64,000 nt of DNA from Gemmatales bacterium (GTDB lineage: Bacteria; Planctomycetota; Planctomycetia; Gemmatales; HRBIN36): the NCBI GenBank assembly GCA_041640595.1, contig JBEPZY010000006.1, positions 64,001-128,000 of the forward strand. Direction: 5' to 3'. The position numbers were made by a program, and so were the translations under genes. Shown here piece by piece: positions 11,462 through 20,030 of this stretch; within the stretch, counting starts at the first letter, position 1, and each line of letters starts with the position of its first letter. The notes under the pieces are model-generated. The model was not told where the DNA came from. It ran no database searches and was given only the letters and a program-made list of their open reading frames with translations.

Positions 11462-13651
11462 ATGAAGGATTTGACAGAAACGATTCTGCAATACGTCCGA
11501 CGTCCCAATTATCAGCCCGTAAAGGTCAAGGCGTTGGCCCGGCGTTTGGGAATCGCTGCCGAAGATTATGCCGAGTTTCGTCGCACGGTGAAAAACCTGA
11601 TTCGGCAGGGACAACTCAGCTGGGGCCGCAATCACGTTGTGCGCCCGGCCGACCAGCAGGCCAGCGAGGGTAGCACCGTTGTGGGTATCTTTCACAAGAC
11701 CGCGGGCGGCTTTGGTTTCGTTCGCCCCCACGGCGTGGAAAAATATAGCCCCCGCGAAATCTTCGTCCCCGCTCATGCAGTCGGAGACGCCGCCACCGGC
11801 GATGAAGTGCTGGTGCGACTGACACGGCGACCCACAGGCAGTGACCGTGGGCCAGTTGGTCGCATCGTCCGTGTCGTGGAGCGTGCCTCCCACCATTTCG
11901 TTGGCACCTACGTGGAACGCGGTGGGGAAGGTTTTGTCATCGTGGACGGCACACAATTCAACGAACCGATCTGGGTCGGTGACGCCGGCGCCAAAGACGT
12001 TCGCCCGCAGGACAAAGTGGTCGTGGAAATTGTGCGTTTTCCCTCCCCTGGTTTACCTGGCGAGGGTGTCATTACAGAGGTTCTGGGACCGCGCGGCGCC
12101 CCAGGTGTGGACACCCTTTCGGTTATCCGTGCCTTCAATTTGCCGGTGGCTTTTTCCGCAGAAGCGCTCGCAGAAGCTCGCCAGCAAGCCGAACGATTCC
12201 GCGAAGACGATCTCCAGGGACGCGAGGATTTTACTTCCTGGCTCACTATTACTATTGACCCGGAAGATGCCCGCGATTTCGATGACGCCGTTTCGCTCAG
12301 TTATGATTCCCATCGCCGCCACTGGCATCTGGGCGTGCATATTGCCGACGTGTCGCATTTCGTTCCGCCGGGCAGTGCCCTGGATCGTGAGGCACGCGAG
12401 CGAGGCAACAGCGTTTACCTGCCGCAACGGGTTCTGCCCATGCTGCCCGAGGTGCTGTCAAATCACCTGGCCAGTTTGCAACAGGGCCGCGTGCGCTATG
12501 TCAAGAGCGTGCTGATGGAGTTCACCCAGCACGGCCAGCGGGTGCACACACGCTTTACCGAAGCAGCCATTCGTGTGGCTCGGCGATTTACTTACACCCA
12601 GGTCCAGCAAATTCTCGATGCTGCCGGTGACCAGCACCAGCTCGCCAAGCTCCAGCAAAGCCTGCAACTATCGCCGCAATTGTTGGACCTCTTGTTCCGT
12701 ATGCGCGACTTCGCCATGATTCTGCGCGAGCGGCGCAAAAAACGAGGCGCTCTGGAGCTTTACATACCGGAAGTCGAACTGGAATACGATGCCGAGGGCC
12801 GGGTTTGCGGTGCGCATTACGTTCCCCATGACATCAGCCATCAGATTATCGAGGAATTCATGCTGGCAGCGAATGAAGCGGTTGCCGAACATCTGCAATC
12901 GCTCGGTGTGCCCTTTTTACGCCGCATCCACGCTCCTCCAACACCGCACAAACTCCGGGAGTTCGCGGAATTCGCACGGGAGCTCGGATATGACATTGAC
13001 CCCCGCTATGCTACCGATCGCTTCCAGTTGCAGCGCGTGCTTGAACAATCGCGGCATCGCCCGGAGGTTCACGCTGTTCATTACGCCTTACTACGCAGCC
13101 TCAAACAGGCCGAATACAGCCCCGTGGAAGAAGGCCATTACGCCCTGGCCAGCGAGCATTACTGCCACTTCACTTCTCCCATTCGCCGGTATCCCGATTT
13201 GACAGTGCATCGCTTGCTCAGCCGCTGGCTGCACACCGGCAAAGTCAGCGCTGACGAACAGGAACTGCTGGCTCTGGGAGCGCATTGCAGTTTCACGGAG
13301 CGCCGCGCTGATGAAGCCGAACGTCAGCTCATCCGCATGAAACTCCTCGCTTACTTGAGCGAACGAGTCGGCATGGAGCTGGAGGCGGTTATTACTGGAG
13401 TTGAGCCATTTGGGTTCTTTGCTCAGTCCCCTTTGCTCCCGGTGGATGGTCTGGTTCATGTGAGCAGCCTGACCGACGATTACTACTACCACGACGAAAC
13501 TACGCACAGCCTGATCGGTCGCCGGACGAAACGGCGCTTCCGTCTCGGTGATCGCGTCCGGGTCAAAGTCGTCCACGTGGACCAATACCGCCACGAACTG
13601 GATTTCCGCGTCGCCGACCTGGATAAACGCCACGAACCACGAGGCCGTTAG
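11462..13651 (+). CDS. rnr: Ribonuclease R
   Basis: TIDPEDARDFDDA catalytic motif, HFTSPIRRYPDL, N-terminal cold-shock domains and C-terminal S1. Confidence 0.96.
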   Translation: MKDLTETILQYVRRPNYQPVKVKALARRLGIAAEDYAEFRRTVKNLIRQGQLSWGRNHVVRPADQQASEGSTVVGIFHKTAGGFGFVRPHGVEKYSPREIFVPAHAVGDAATGDEVLVRLTRRPTGSDRGPVGRIVRVVERASHHFVGTYVERGGEGFVIVDGTQFNEPIWVGDAGAKDVRPQDKVVVEIVRFPSPGLPGEGVITEVLGPRGAPGVDTLSVIRAFNLPVAFSAEALAEARQQAERFREDDLQGREDFTSWLTITIDPEDARDFDDAVSLSYDSHRRHWHLGVHIADVSHFVPPGSALDREARERGNSVYLPQRVLPMLPEVLSNHLASLQQGRVRYVKSVLMEFTQHGQRVHTRFTEAAIRVARRFTYTQVQQILDAAGDQHQLAKLQQSLQLSPQLLDLLFRMRDFAMILRERRKKRGALELYIPEVELEYDAEGRVCGAHYVPHDISHQIIEEFMLAANEAVAEHLQSLGVPFLRRIHAPPTPHKLREFAEFARELGYDIDPRYATDRFQLQRVLEQSRHRPEVHAVHYALLRSLKQAEYSPVEEGHYALASEHYCHFTSPIRRYPDLTVHRLLSRWLHTGKVSADEQELLALGAHCSFTERRADEAERQLIRMKLLAYLSERVGMELEAVITGVEPFGFFAQSPLLPVDGLVHVSSLTDDYYYHDETTHSLIGRRTKRRFRLGDRVRVKVVHVDQYRHELDFRVADLDKRHEPRGR

Positions 13652-13793
13652 GCGTTTTCCTGGCTATTCCGGGTTCCAATACCTCGGAACTGGTCATCGT
13701 GTAATCGTTTTCCCATCTGCCGTTGACCGTTTGACTACCACCAGAGCCAGGCCGCCCACCGACCACTACCCGTGTTGTTTCAGCACAAACATG

Positions 13794-13814
13794 TGGTAAG
13801 CGGGGTACTTACCA
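13794..13814. promoter_or_regulatory. Perfect 7-7-7 inverted repeat TGGTAAG-N7-CTTACCA (operator or hairpin candidate)
   Basis: Seen directly in the rnr / TM-SAVED intergenic region; function unknown. Confidence 0.3.
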
Positions 13815-13897
13815 GCTTACAGATTCCCCCATACCGAACACTAAACGCTTCCGCCCATGCCCTGCTCCGCCCTGCATAGCGCGAAAGCAGTCGCACT

Positions 13898-13991
13898 GTC
13901 AGAACGCACCTCGGAACGGTTTCAAACGTGTCACCCCTTTTGTTTTTCTCGCCTCATCCTCGTCAGAACGCGTCTCGGGACGGGTTCCAAC
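13898..13991 (+). repeat. Two imperfect 30-nt direct repeats separated by a 34-nt unique spacer (degenerate CRISPR-like mini-array or REP-like doublet)
   Basis: GTCAGAACGCACCTCGGAACGGTTTCAAAC (13898-13927) vs GTCAGAACGCGTCTCGGGACGGGTTCCAAC (13962-13991), 25/30 identical. Confidence 0.7.
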
Positions 13992-14130
13992 CCGTGAACG
14001 CCTTAGCGGTGAGGAGGGGCTGAAACTGTAGCAAACGACTGAACGCGGATAGCAAAGGGGTGCCTGATCATCAAATACGCAAGCGGGCTGGGGTTTCGCA
14101 ATGTTTGACCCGCCTGGAAGCGGCTACTAA

Positions 14131-14212
14131 GGACTGCTAGCCAGGCACCTTGTCTCACCGAAATACCGGCGGGACTGCTAACCAGGCGATTTTGTGTCAC
14201 TAATAGCGGGAG
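14131..14212 (+). repeat. Imperfect ~41-nt tandem duplication
   Basis: GGACTGCTAGCCAGGC at 14131 and GGACTGCTAACCAGGC at 14172 (15/16), with further gapped similarity (TTGTcTCAC..AATAcCGG vs TTGTgTCAC..AATAgCGG). Confidence 0.7.
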
Positions 14213-14292
14213 GCTTTCGTTAATCCATCAGGGGAAATGGCGGTGTAAGGCAGCGCATCGCCAGGACAATTTCCCTGTTGCAGGGAGATGCC

Positions 14293-14793
14293 ATGCTGGA
14301 GTGGCTTGGGCAAATCGCCTGGAGTGCTGTCACTGGCGGGGTAGGTGTGGTCGCAGGATGGCTACTCAACGAATGGCGGAACAAATACCGTCTGCATGTC
14401 ATGCGCAAACGCCTGGATGAATTGAGCCGTGAACGCGGATGCGCAGAAGCGGTTCTCATTGTTTCCAACCGCGAGGATATCCGCCCCAGTGTGGAACGTT
14501 ACTTGCGGGAACAGCAAAAACCGCACTTACCCACGTTCCACGTTCATCGCCCGGAGCTATTCAGCGATGACGAGACCGAATGGCACGGATTTATCGAATC
14601 CGTACGCAGGGAAGCGCAAAATCTACGCCAGCATGGGCCGACACGAATTTTGTTGTTCACCAACGTCCCTGTCGCCATGGGCATCTGTTTGGGAGCCTTA
14701 CTGGATAACGGCCCGGAGGTCGTGGTGCATCACTACTTCAACGGCATGTATCGCCCCGTAAGCCGGTTAGCCTCGGAGGTCGCTAAACTTTGA
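14293..14793 (+). CDS. N-terminal TM helix + SAVED/CARF-like (single half) domain protein, 166 aa
   Basis: Hydrophobic N-terminus (IAWSAVTGGVGVVAGWLL) followed by a basic stretch; AVLIVSNREDI..V..YL and RILLFTNVPVAMGICLGALL..VVVHHYFNGMY resemble the C-terminal half of SAVED; GGGAG RBS before ATG 14293. Confidence 0.7.
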   Translation: MLEWLGQIAWSAVTGGVGVVAGWLLNEWRNKYRLHVMRKRLDELSRERGCAEAVLIVSNREDIRPSVERYLREQQKPHLPTFHVHRPELFSDDETEWHGFIESVRREAQNLRQHGPTRILLFTNVPVAMGICLGALLDNGPEVVVHHYFNGMYRPVSRLASEVAKL

Positions 14794-14813
14794 CCGACTC
14801 AAGAGGGCAAACC

Positions 14814-16178
14814 ATGAACAAGGACCTACCACCCGATCAACTAATTGGCGAATGGCTGAGCGATTTTGTGCCCGAAGCTGAGCGCCTGCAACCTGAAGCG
14901 AGCGCTGACAAAGAGGCCAGTCCTGATTCCGCGACTTCGGACTCAGAAAGCAGGAATCTGTCGCCCGCTTCTGATACCGCGAATACGAACCGCGTCGTTC
15001 CTGCTCGCAATCGCACTGATTCCGAAACGGAACCCCACTCCTTTTCGGAAGCCCAGCTGAGCCACGTGGATGTGGGGCGTATGGTTTTCAGTTTCTACTG
15101 CATTGCTCCGGATAGCGAATCTGCTAAAGCTCGAGTCGAGGCGGTTTATCAGCGGCTGCTCCAACTGGTCGAACAGTCCTCGGATTTCCCGCAACCGGAA
15201 CGAGGTAACTTTGGCACTCCTACTGTGCGCTGGCTGGATTGGTCTCTGCAAGCGCCTCAGACCAACTTGAGCTGGTGCGGAGTTTGTGAGCTGATTCTGG
15301 AAGCCGAGCATCTCCAGCAGGGTCAGGGGTGTCTCTGGCGGCTGGAGCAGTATAAACGGTTCGCCCGCTGGCTTGACCGGCTGTTGGGGCAGGCAATTAC
15401 CGAAACAGCCGCCGAGTTTCCTTCGGTGCGACTTGACGATAAACCGTTCCTGTGGACGCTGGCTCTCGATCTCACGCCGCGCGTGGTTTGGACTGACCAG
15501 GCACTGCAGCAATATCGCCGTTCGCTCACCGACTTGCTCCGGGTTCGCTCCGAAGATTCCCATATTTACACCGACCGTGCCATGCAAGAATTACTGCGCA
15601 GCAACCTGGCCTATACGACCGAAGAGTTGCAGCTATTGCATTACAATACCGGCCTCATCTACGTGGCTCATGAGCGATTCTGTAGCCGCGACGGTTTCGG
15701 TTACGTGCAACAGGCCCTGGTGGATAGCAACGCCCTGATTCGCGCCGTTCGGGCATGCTTACTGCTATTCCGGAAGGAATTGAACGACCGGCTCCACAAA
15801 TGGCTGCAGGAACGATTACGCGGACGGCGACTGCGACGTGTCCTGCGGGAAACATTCAGCTATGCCAGCCTCGCTTCCCAGCTACTTCGGCAATTAGATG
15901 AGCAAGCCTTCTGTGCGACCCGCCAGGTCGGCCACCAGCAGACAGTCTTTCGTGCCTTGCTGCACCGTTATCACGTCCCGGAACTGGTCGCCGGTTTACA
16001 GCAACAGGTAACCGAGCTGCATCATCGTATTGCCGACTTGCAGAATCAGTTTCAGGCGAGCCAGCTGCGTTTGATTAATGTGCTGGTGGTAATTCCGGCT
16101 CTGTATTACCTCTGGCGTTTCGTGCATGAATTCTGGCCCGTTTTGCAGCCCCTTTTTGACGCATGGCTGGGCCTCTGA
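14814..16178 (+). CDS. CorA/RMD1-like membrane protein (454 aa) with low-complexity N-terminus and C-terminal TM segment
   Basis: By-eye alignment to the convergent 16251-17327 protein; long C-terminal helix then a hydrophobic segment; AGAGGG RBS; starts 20 nt after the upstream stop. Confidence 0.65.
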   Translation: MNKDLPPDQLIGEWLSDFVPEAERLQPEASADKEASPDSATSDSESRNLSPASDTANTNRVVPARNRTDSETEPHSFSEAQLSHVDVGRMVFSFYCIAPDSESAKARVEAVYQRLLQLVEQSSDFPQPERGNFGTPTVRWLDWSLQAPQTNLSWCGVCELILEAEHLQQGQGCLWRLEQYKRFARWLDRLLGQAITETAAEFPSVRLDDKPFLWTLALDLTPRVVWTDQALQQYRRSLTDLLRVRSEDSHIYTDRAMQELLRSNLAYTTEELQLLHYNTGLIYVAHERFCSRDGFGYVQQALVDSNALIRAVRACLLLFRKELNDRLHKWLQERLRGRRLRRVLRETFSYASLASQLLRQLDEQAFCATRQVGHQQTVFRALLHRYHVPELVAGLQQQVTELHHRIADLQNQFQASQLRLINVLVVIPALYYLWRFVHEFWPVLQPLFDAWLGL

Positions 16179-16250
16179 GCCGGAATAGACGCAACCCAGG
16201 CACCAGGAGCACCTGCAAAATCAGACACAGGCAGATCGAAGGTTTTACGA

Positions 16251-17327
16251 TCAATGCCGGAACAAAAATAGCGCCACCAGGTCAATGATAAACAGCAGTA
16301 CGATGGCCGCTTCCATCCAGAGCATGCGCCGCTCATAAATCTCGCTCTGGAAAATCTGGTACAGGTGGTCGAGCTGGCTCAGACGTTGCTGCACACTTTG
16401 CCGCCAGTCGTCCAGATGGAAGCGTTCTTTAGCGCCAAGATAAACCCGGGCCAGATACCAGTCGCCGAGGAATTTGGTAATGTGCGTTACCTCATCGGCA
16501 ATGCGGGTCACATCCACGCGGAAACGTCGCAGCTTCGATAAAGTTCGCCGTAACCCGAACAGGAACGCCCAGCGCATTCGCTCCAGGTCTTCGTAGGCAC
16601 GGTCGAGATACTTATCGAGCCGGTGATCCATCATGCGAAACTCTTCCAGCTGCAAATTGGCCAGCTCCAGCACGTAGAGCACATCTTCCATGTACCCTTT
16701 GGTGTCCACCACCAATGCAGCATCCCAGTCAATGACGACCAGATCGGTTCTTTCGTAGGCCCGGCGAATGCGCAAAGTCTCCTGAATCTGGTCTTCGCTC
16801 AGGGTTTCGGGCGAAGTTTGCGTGAGCAAGCCGGCAATTTCGCGGCGATTCTTCACGAACCACTCCGAAGCGTCGCCCTCCGCACCCAGGTCGGTAATGC
16901 AGAAAACGGTATAGGCTTCCGGTTCGATGATCCGGGAGCTGCGTATCAGCACAGGTCGCAAACCCTCGTACACCTCATCGCAAATCCGCCGGGCAAAACG
17001 ATCCAGCGTATCGCCGGAATCCAGTCGTGGGTCATGCAGAGCCATCAACGAACGCAGACTGTCCCCTTCCCAGGGGACGCGAAAGGTAACCGAAATCACC
17101 CCCACACCGTAAACCCGCACCAGCACTCCAACCGGACGCTCGCCAATCGTGGCGGTGACCAGAGGTTCCACTGCCAGCGGCTGATACAGCGGCAATTCGC
17201 GCGGAATCTGGCTGGACAAGCGGACAACGAAAGGCACCGCCTTTTTGGAAAGTATCTCGGTGACCAGTCCGAGGGCGATTTCGTCGGCCACGTCGAATGC
17301 GTACAGGTAAACCACCTCGCCTTTCAT
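16251..17327 (-). CDS. RMD1/DUF155-like (CorA-like fold) protein with one C-terminal TM helix
   Basis: DLVVIDWDAALV, LELANLQLEEFR, GDWYLARVY and LWMEAAIVLLFIIDL motifs typical of this family. Confidence 0.75.
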   Translation of the reverse strand: MKGEVVYLYAFDVADEIALGLVTEILSKKAVPFVVRLSSQIPRELPLYQPLAVEPLVTATIGERPVGVLVRVYGVGVISVTFRVPWEGDSLRSLMALHDPRLDSGDTLDRFARRICDEVYEGLRPVLIRSSRIIEPEAYTVFCITDLGAEGDASEWFVKNRREIAGLLTQTSPETLSEDQIQETLRIRRAYERTDLVVIDWDAALVVDTKGYMEDVLYVLELANLQLEEFRMMDHRLDKYLDRAYEDLERMRWAFLFGLRRTLSKLRRFRVDVTRIADEVTHITKFLGDWYLARVYLGAKERFHLDDWRQSVQQRLSQLDHLYQIFQSEIYERRMLWMEAAIVLLFIIDLVALFLFRH

Positions 17328-17525
17328 AATGTATCAGCATAATGCCGCAGGAACCGGACTGCCAGAGTACGATCCGAACAGTTTCACCTTGCCTGGCATC
17401 GCTGCCGTAACGCGGGTAAAATATAGCAGGCAGAGTCAGGACAAATCCAGCCCGCAAAAGCTTTTCCGGGTAAGGGGCATTCTCGATCGGCCCAGGTCTC
17501 ATAATGGCATAAGCGGAGAAGGCAG

Positions 17526-18182
17526 GTGACCGCAGGCGAACGGGATCGCGAGTTAGTTGCACGCTGCCTGCGACGGGAACCGGCGGCATGGCGCGAGTTT
17601 GTTGACCGGTATCTGCCGCTGTTGTACTACGTCATCCAGCACACTTCCACGCAGTTGAGTGTGCCTGTATCGCCCGAAGAAACCGAGGATTTAGCTGCGG
17701 ATGTGCTGACGCAGCTTATTCAGGATAATTTTCGCGCTTTACGGCAGTTTGAGGGGAAGTCGCGCTTGAGCACCTATCTGGTGGTGATCGCCCGCCGACT
17801 GGTCCTGCGTCAGTTGCGAAAAAAGCTGACCGGTCCGGTGGTTAAACCTTTGCCAGATGGCCAGGCCCTTGGCGATGAAGGCCAGGATTGGCGACGCCAG
17901 AGCACTCGCCCGGAGATTATCGAGGAAATACACGAACTGCTTCGCCGCTTGCCTCGCCGCCTTCGCCAGATTGTGCGCATGTACTACCTCGAAGGTCGCA
18001 GCTACGAAGAGATCAGCACCGCCCTGAACATTCCCGTCAACAGCATCGGTCCCGTACTTACGCGGGCCCGACGGTTGTTGCTGACTCGGCTGCGTGAACG
18101 GGAGCAAGCGGGCGGCTCTGCTTCCGAAAATTCCGCAACCCAGCACACTTCAGCCGATAAACAACCGCCGGAGCCGAGTTGA
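17526..18182 (+). CDS. ECF sigma-70 factor
   Basis: Region 2 (AWREFVDRY...EDLAADV...LSTYL) and region 4 (SYEEISTALNIPVNSIGPVLTRAR). Confidence 0.92.
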   Translation: MTAGERDRELVARCLRREPAAWREFVDRYLPLLYYVIQHTSTQLSVPVSPEETEDLAADVLTQLIQDNFRALRQFEGKSRLSTYLVVIARRLVLRQLRKKLTGPVVKPLPDGQALGDEGQDWRRQSTRPEIIEEIHELLRRLPRRLRQIVRMYYLEGRSYEEISTALNIPVNSIGPVLTRARRLLLTRLREREQAGGSASENSATQHTSADKQPPEPS

Positions 18183-18274
18183 GCCGAACTCCCTGCAAAC
18201 CCCTTTACCGTCCTGGTATCTGCATGGGTCCCCAATGGGGCGTGTTCCGGTTCCTTCCGTTACAGGTAGCCAGT

Positions 18275-19741
18275 TCAAGCGAGGATGTCGTACACCACCC
18301 GGCCGTGCACATCGGTGAGACGAACGTCGCGGCCTTCAAAGCGGAAAGTTAGCTTTTCGTGGTCGAGCCCAAGCAGGTGCAGGATGGTTGCCTGAAGGTC
18401 GTGCACGTGAACAGGATTTTCGACCGCGAAGTAGCCGAGTTCGTCGGTGGCACCGTAGCTGAAACCGGCTTTGACACCGCCACCGGCCAGCCAGATAGTG
18501 AAGGCGTGCTGATGGTGGTCACGGCCCAGCCACTTGGAGCCGTTGCGTTCCTCGTTCATCGGGGTTCGGCCAAACTCGCCGCCCCAGATCACCAGCGTGG
18601 TGTCGAGCAAGCCCCGCTGTTTGAGGTCGCGGATAAGAGCAGCGCAGGCCTGGTCAGTTTCCCGGCACCGCTGCACCAGCCCATAGCGCAGATCGTTGCC
18701 CATGTGGTCGCCGTGCTGATCCCACCCCCAGTGATACAGTTGCACAAACCGCACACCTGCCTCCACCAGTCGCCGAGCCAGTAAACAATTGTTGGCGAAC
18801 GAACGCTGACCGGGCGTGGTGCCGTAAAGCCGGTGGATGTACTCGGGCTCCCTGGAGATGTCCATGACCTCCGGCACGCTGGTCTGCATACGGTAGGCCA
18901 TCTCGTACTGATTGATCCGGGTCAGAATCTCCGGATCGCCGACCGCCTGTAACTGCAATTCGTTGAGCCGACGCAATGCATCTAGCGACTGGCGCCGCAG
19001 GTCACGATCCAGACCAGGCGGGTTATTGAGGAACAACACCGGTTCGCCATCGGAACGCAGACGAACGCCCTGATGAACAGTGGGCAGGCAACCGCTGCTC
19101 CACAGCGCCGCCCCGCCATCCGGTGCAGCCGTCCCAGAAATCAACACCACGAAGCTCGGTAGATTGCGATTCTCCGTCCCCAGGCCATACGATACCCACG
19201 AACCCATACTCGGCCGACCGGGCCGCGGAAAACCGGTGTGCACAAACAACTGGGCCGGCGCGTGGTTGAATTGATCCGTTTTCATCGAACGAACCACGCA
19301 CAGTTCGTCGGCAACCGTGGCCAGATGCGGCAGAATGTCGGACATCATCTGCCCGCACTTCCCGCGCGGGGCAAACTTGTGCGGCGTGCCCAGCAATTTC
19401 GGTACGCCACGGATAAACGCAAACTGCTGCCCCTTGTAATACGATTCCGGGCACGGCTGGCCATTCAGTTCCAGCAGTTTCGGTTTGTAATCGAACAAAT
19501 CGAGCTGGGAAGGAGCGCCAGCCATGTGCAGATAAATCACGCTGCGGGCACGTGGACGAAAATGGGGCGGTTTGGCTGCCAGCGGATCGGCTGCTGCACC
19601 CCGCTCGCTCTGGGCAAACGCCTCCGGACACAGTAACGACGCCAGGGCCAACGTCCCTAATCCCACGCCACAATCCCGGAAAAACTGCCGACGCGTCCGA
19701 TACTTCAGATATTCCAGGCGTACCAGTTCTTGCAGATTCAT
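18275..19741 (-). CDS. DUF1501 planctomycete sulfatase-like protein (Tat-type signal)
   Basis: RRQFF signal; [27 protein letters not shown] and VHVHDLQAT motifs. Confidence 0.93.
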   Translation of the reverse strand: MNLQELVRLEYLKYRTRRQFFRDCGVGLGTLALASLLCPEAFAQSERGAAADPLAAKPPHFRPRARSVIYLHMAGAPSQLDLFDYKPKLLELNGQPCPESYYKGQQFAFIRGVPKLLGTPHKFAPRGKCGQMMSDILPHLATVADELCVVRSMKTDQFNHAPAQLFVHTGFPRPGRPSMGSWVSYGLGTENRNLPSFVVLISGTAAPDGGAALWSSGCLPTVHQGVRLRSDGEPVLFLNNPPGLDRDLRRQSLDALRRLNELQLQAVGDPEILTRINQYEMAYRMQTSVPEVMDISREPEYIHRLYGTTPGQRSFANNCLLARRLVEAGVRFVQLYHWGWDQHGDHMGNDLRYGLVQRCRETDQACAALIRDLKQRGLLDTTLVIWGGEFGRTPMNEERNGSKWLGRDHHQHAFTIWLAGGGVKAGFSYGATDELGYFAVENPVHVHDLQATILHLLGLDHEKLTFRFEGRDVRLTDVHGRVVYDILA

Positions 19742-20030
19742 GCGGGCTCTCCCTGACAGCTCAGCCTGCTATTTATGATGCACCTCCGACCAGAAAAAGC
19801 AAGTGGCCGAACCGGTTTGAAAACGAGTCTGCTGTTGGCGCAGCCAACCGCAAGATATGGCGAAATCGGGCTTGTCTGGACTGGCTCGACAAACACTTCC
19901 TGCGTCGCCTTATCCCACTGACTTGCGCGAAACCCGCCTGGACTTGCCACCCTGTGCCCCGCGGCTAGTGTAACTGCAAGCGGGGAAACTTCACCGAATC
20001 CACGGGCCTTGTTCCGAAAGGAGGTCAACC

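Noticed and set aside
13898..13991. Calling a bona fide CRISPR array
   Set aside because: Only two degenerate repeats, no cas genes in the window and a REP-like alternative; kept as a repeat and a finding only
14293..17327. Calling a complete CBASS or type III CRISPR system
   Set aside because: No CD-NTase, Cas10, Cap2/Cap3 or NrN gene is visible in the window
14814..17327. Canonical CorA Mg2+ transporter
   Set aside because: No GMN signature and no clear canonical two-TM C-terminus
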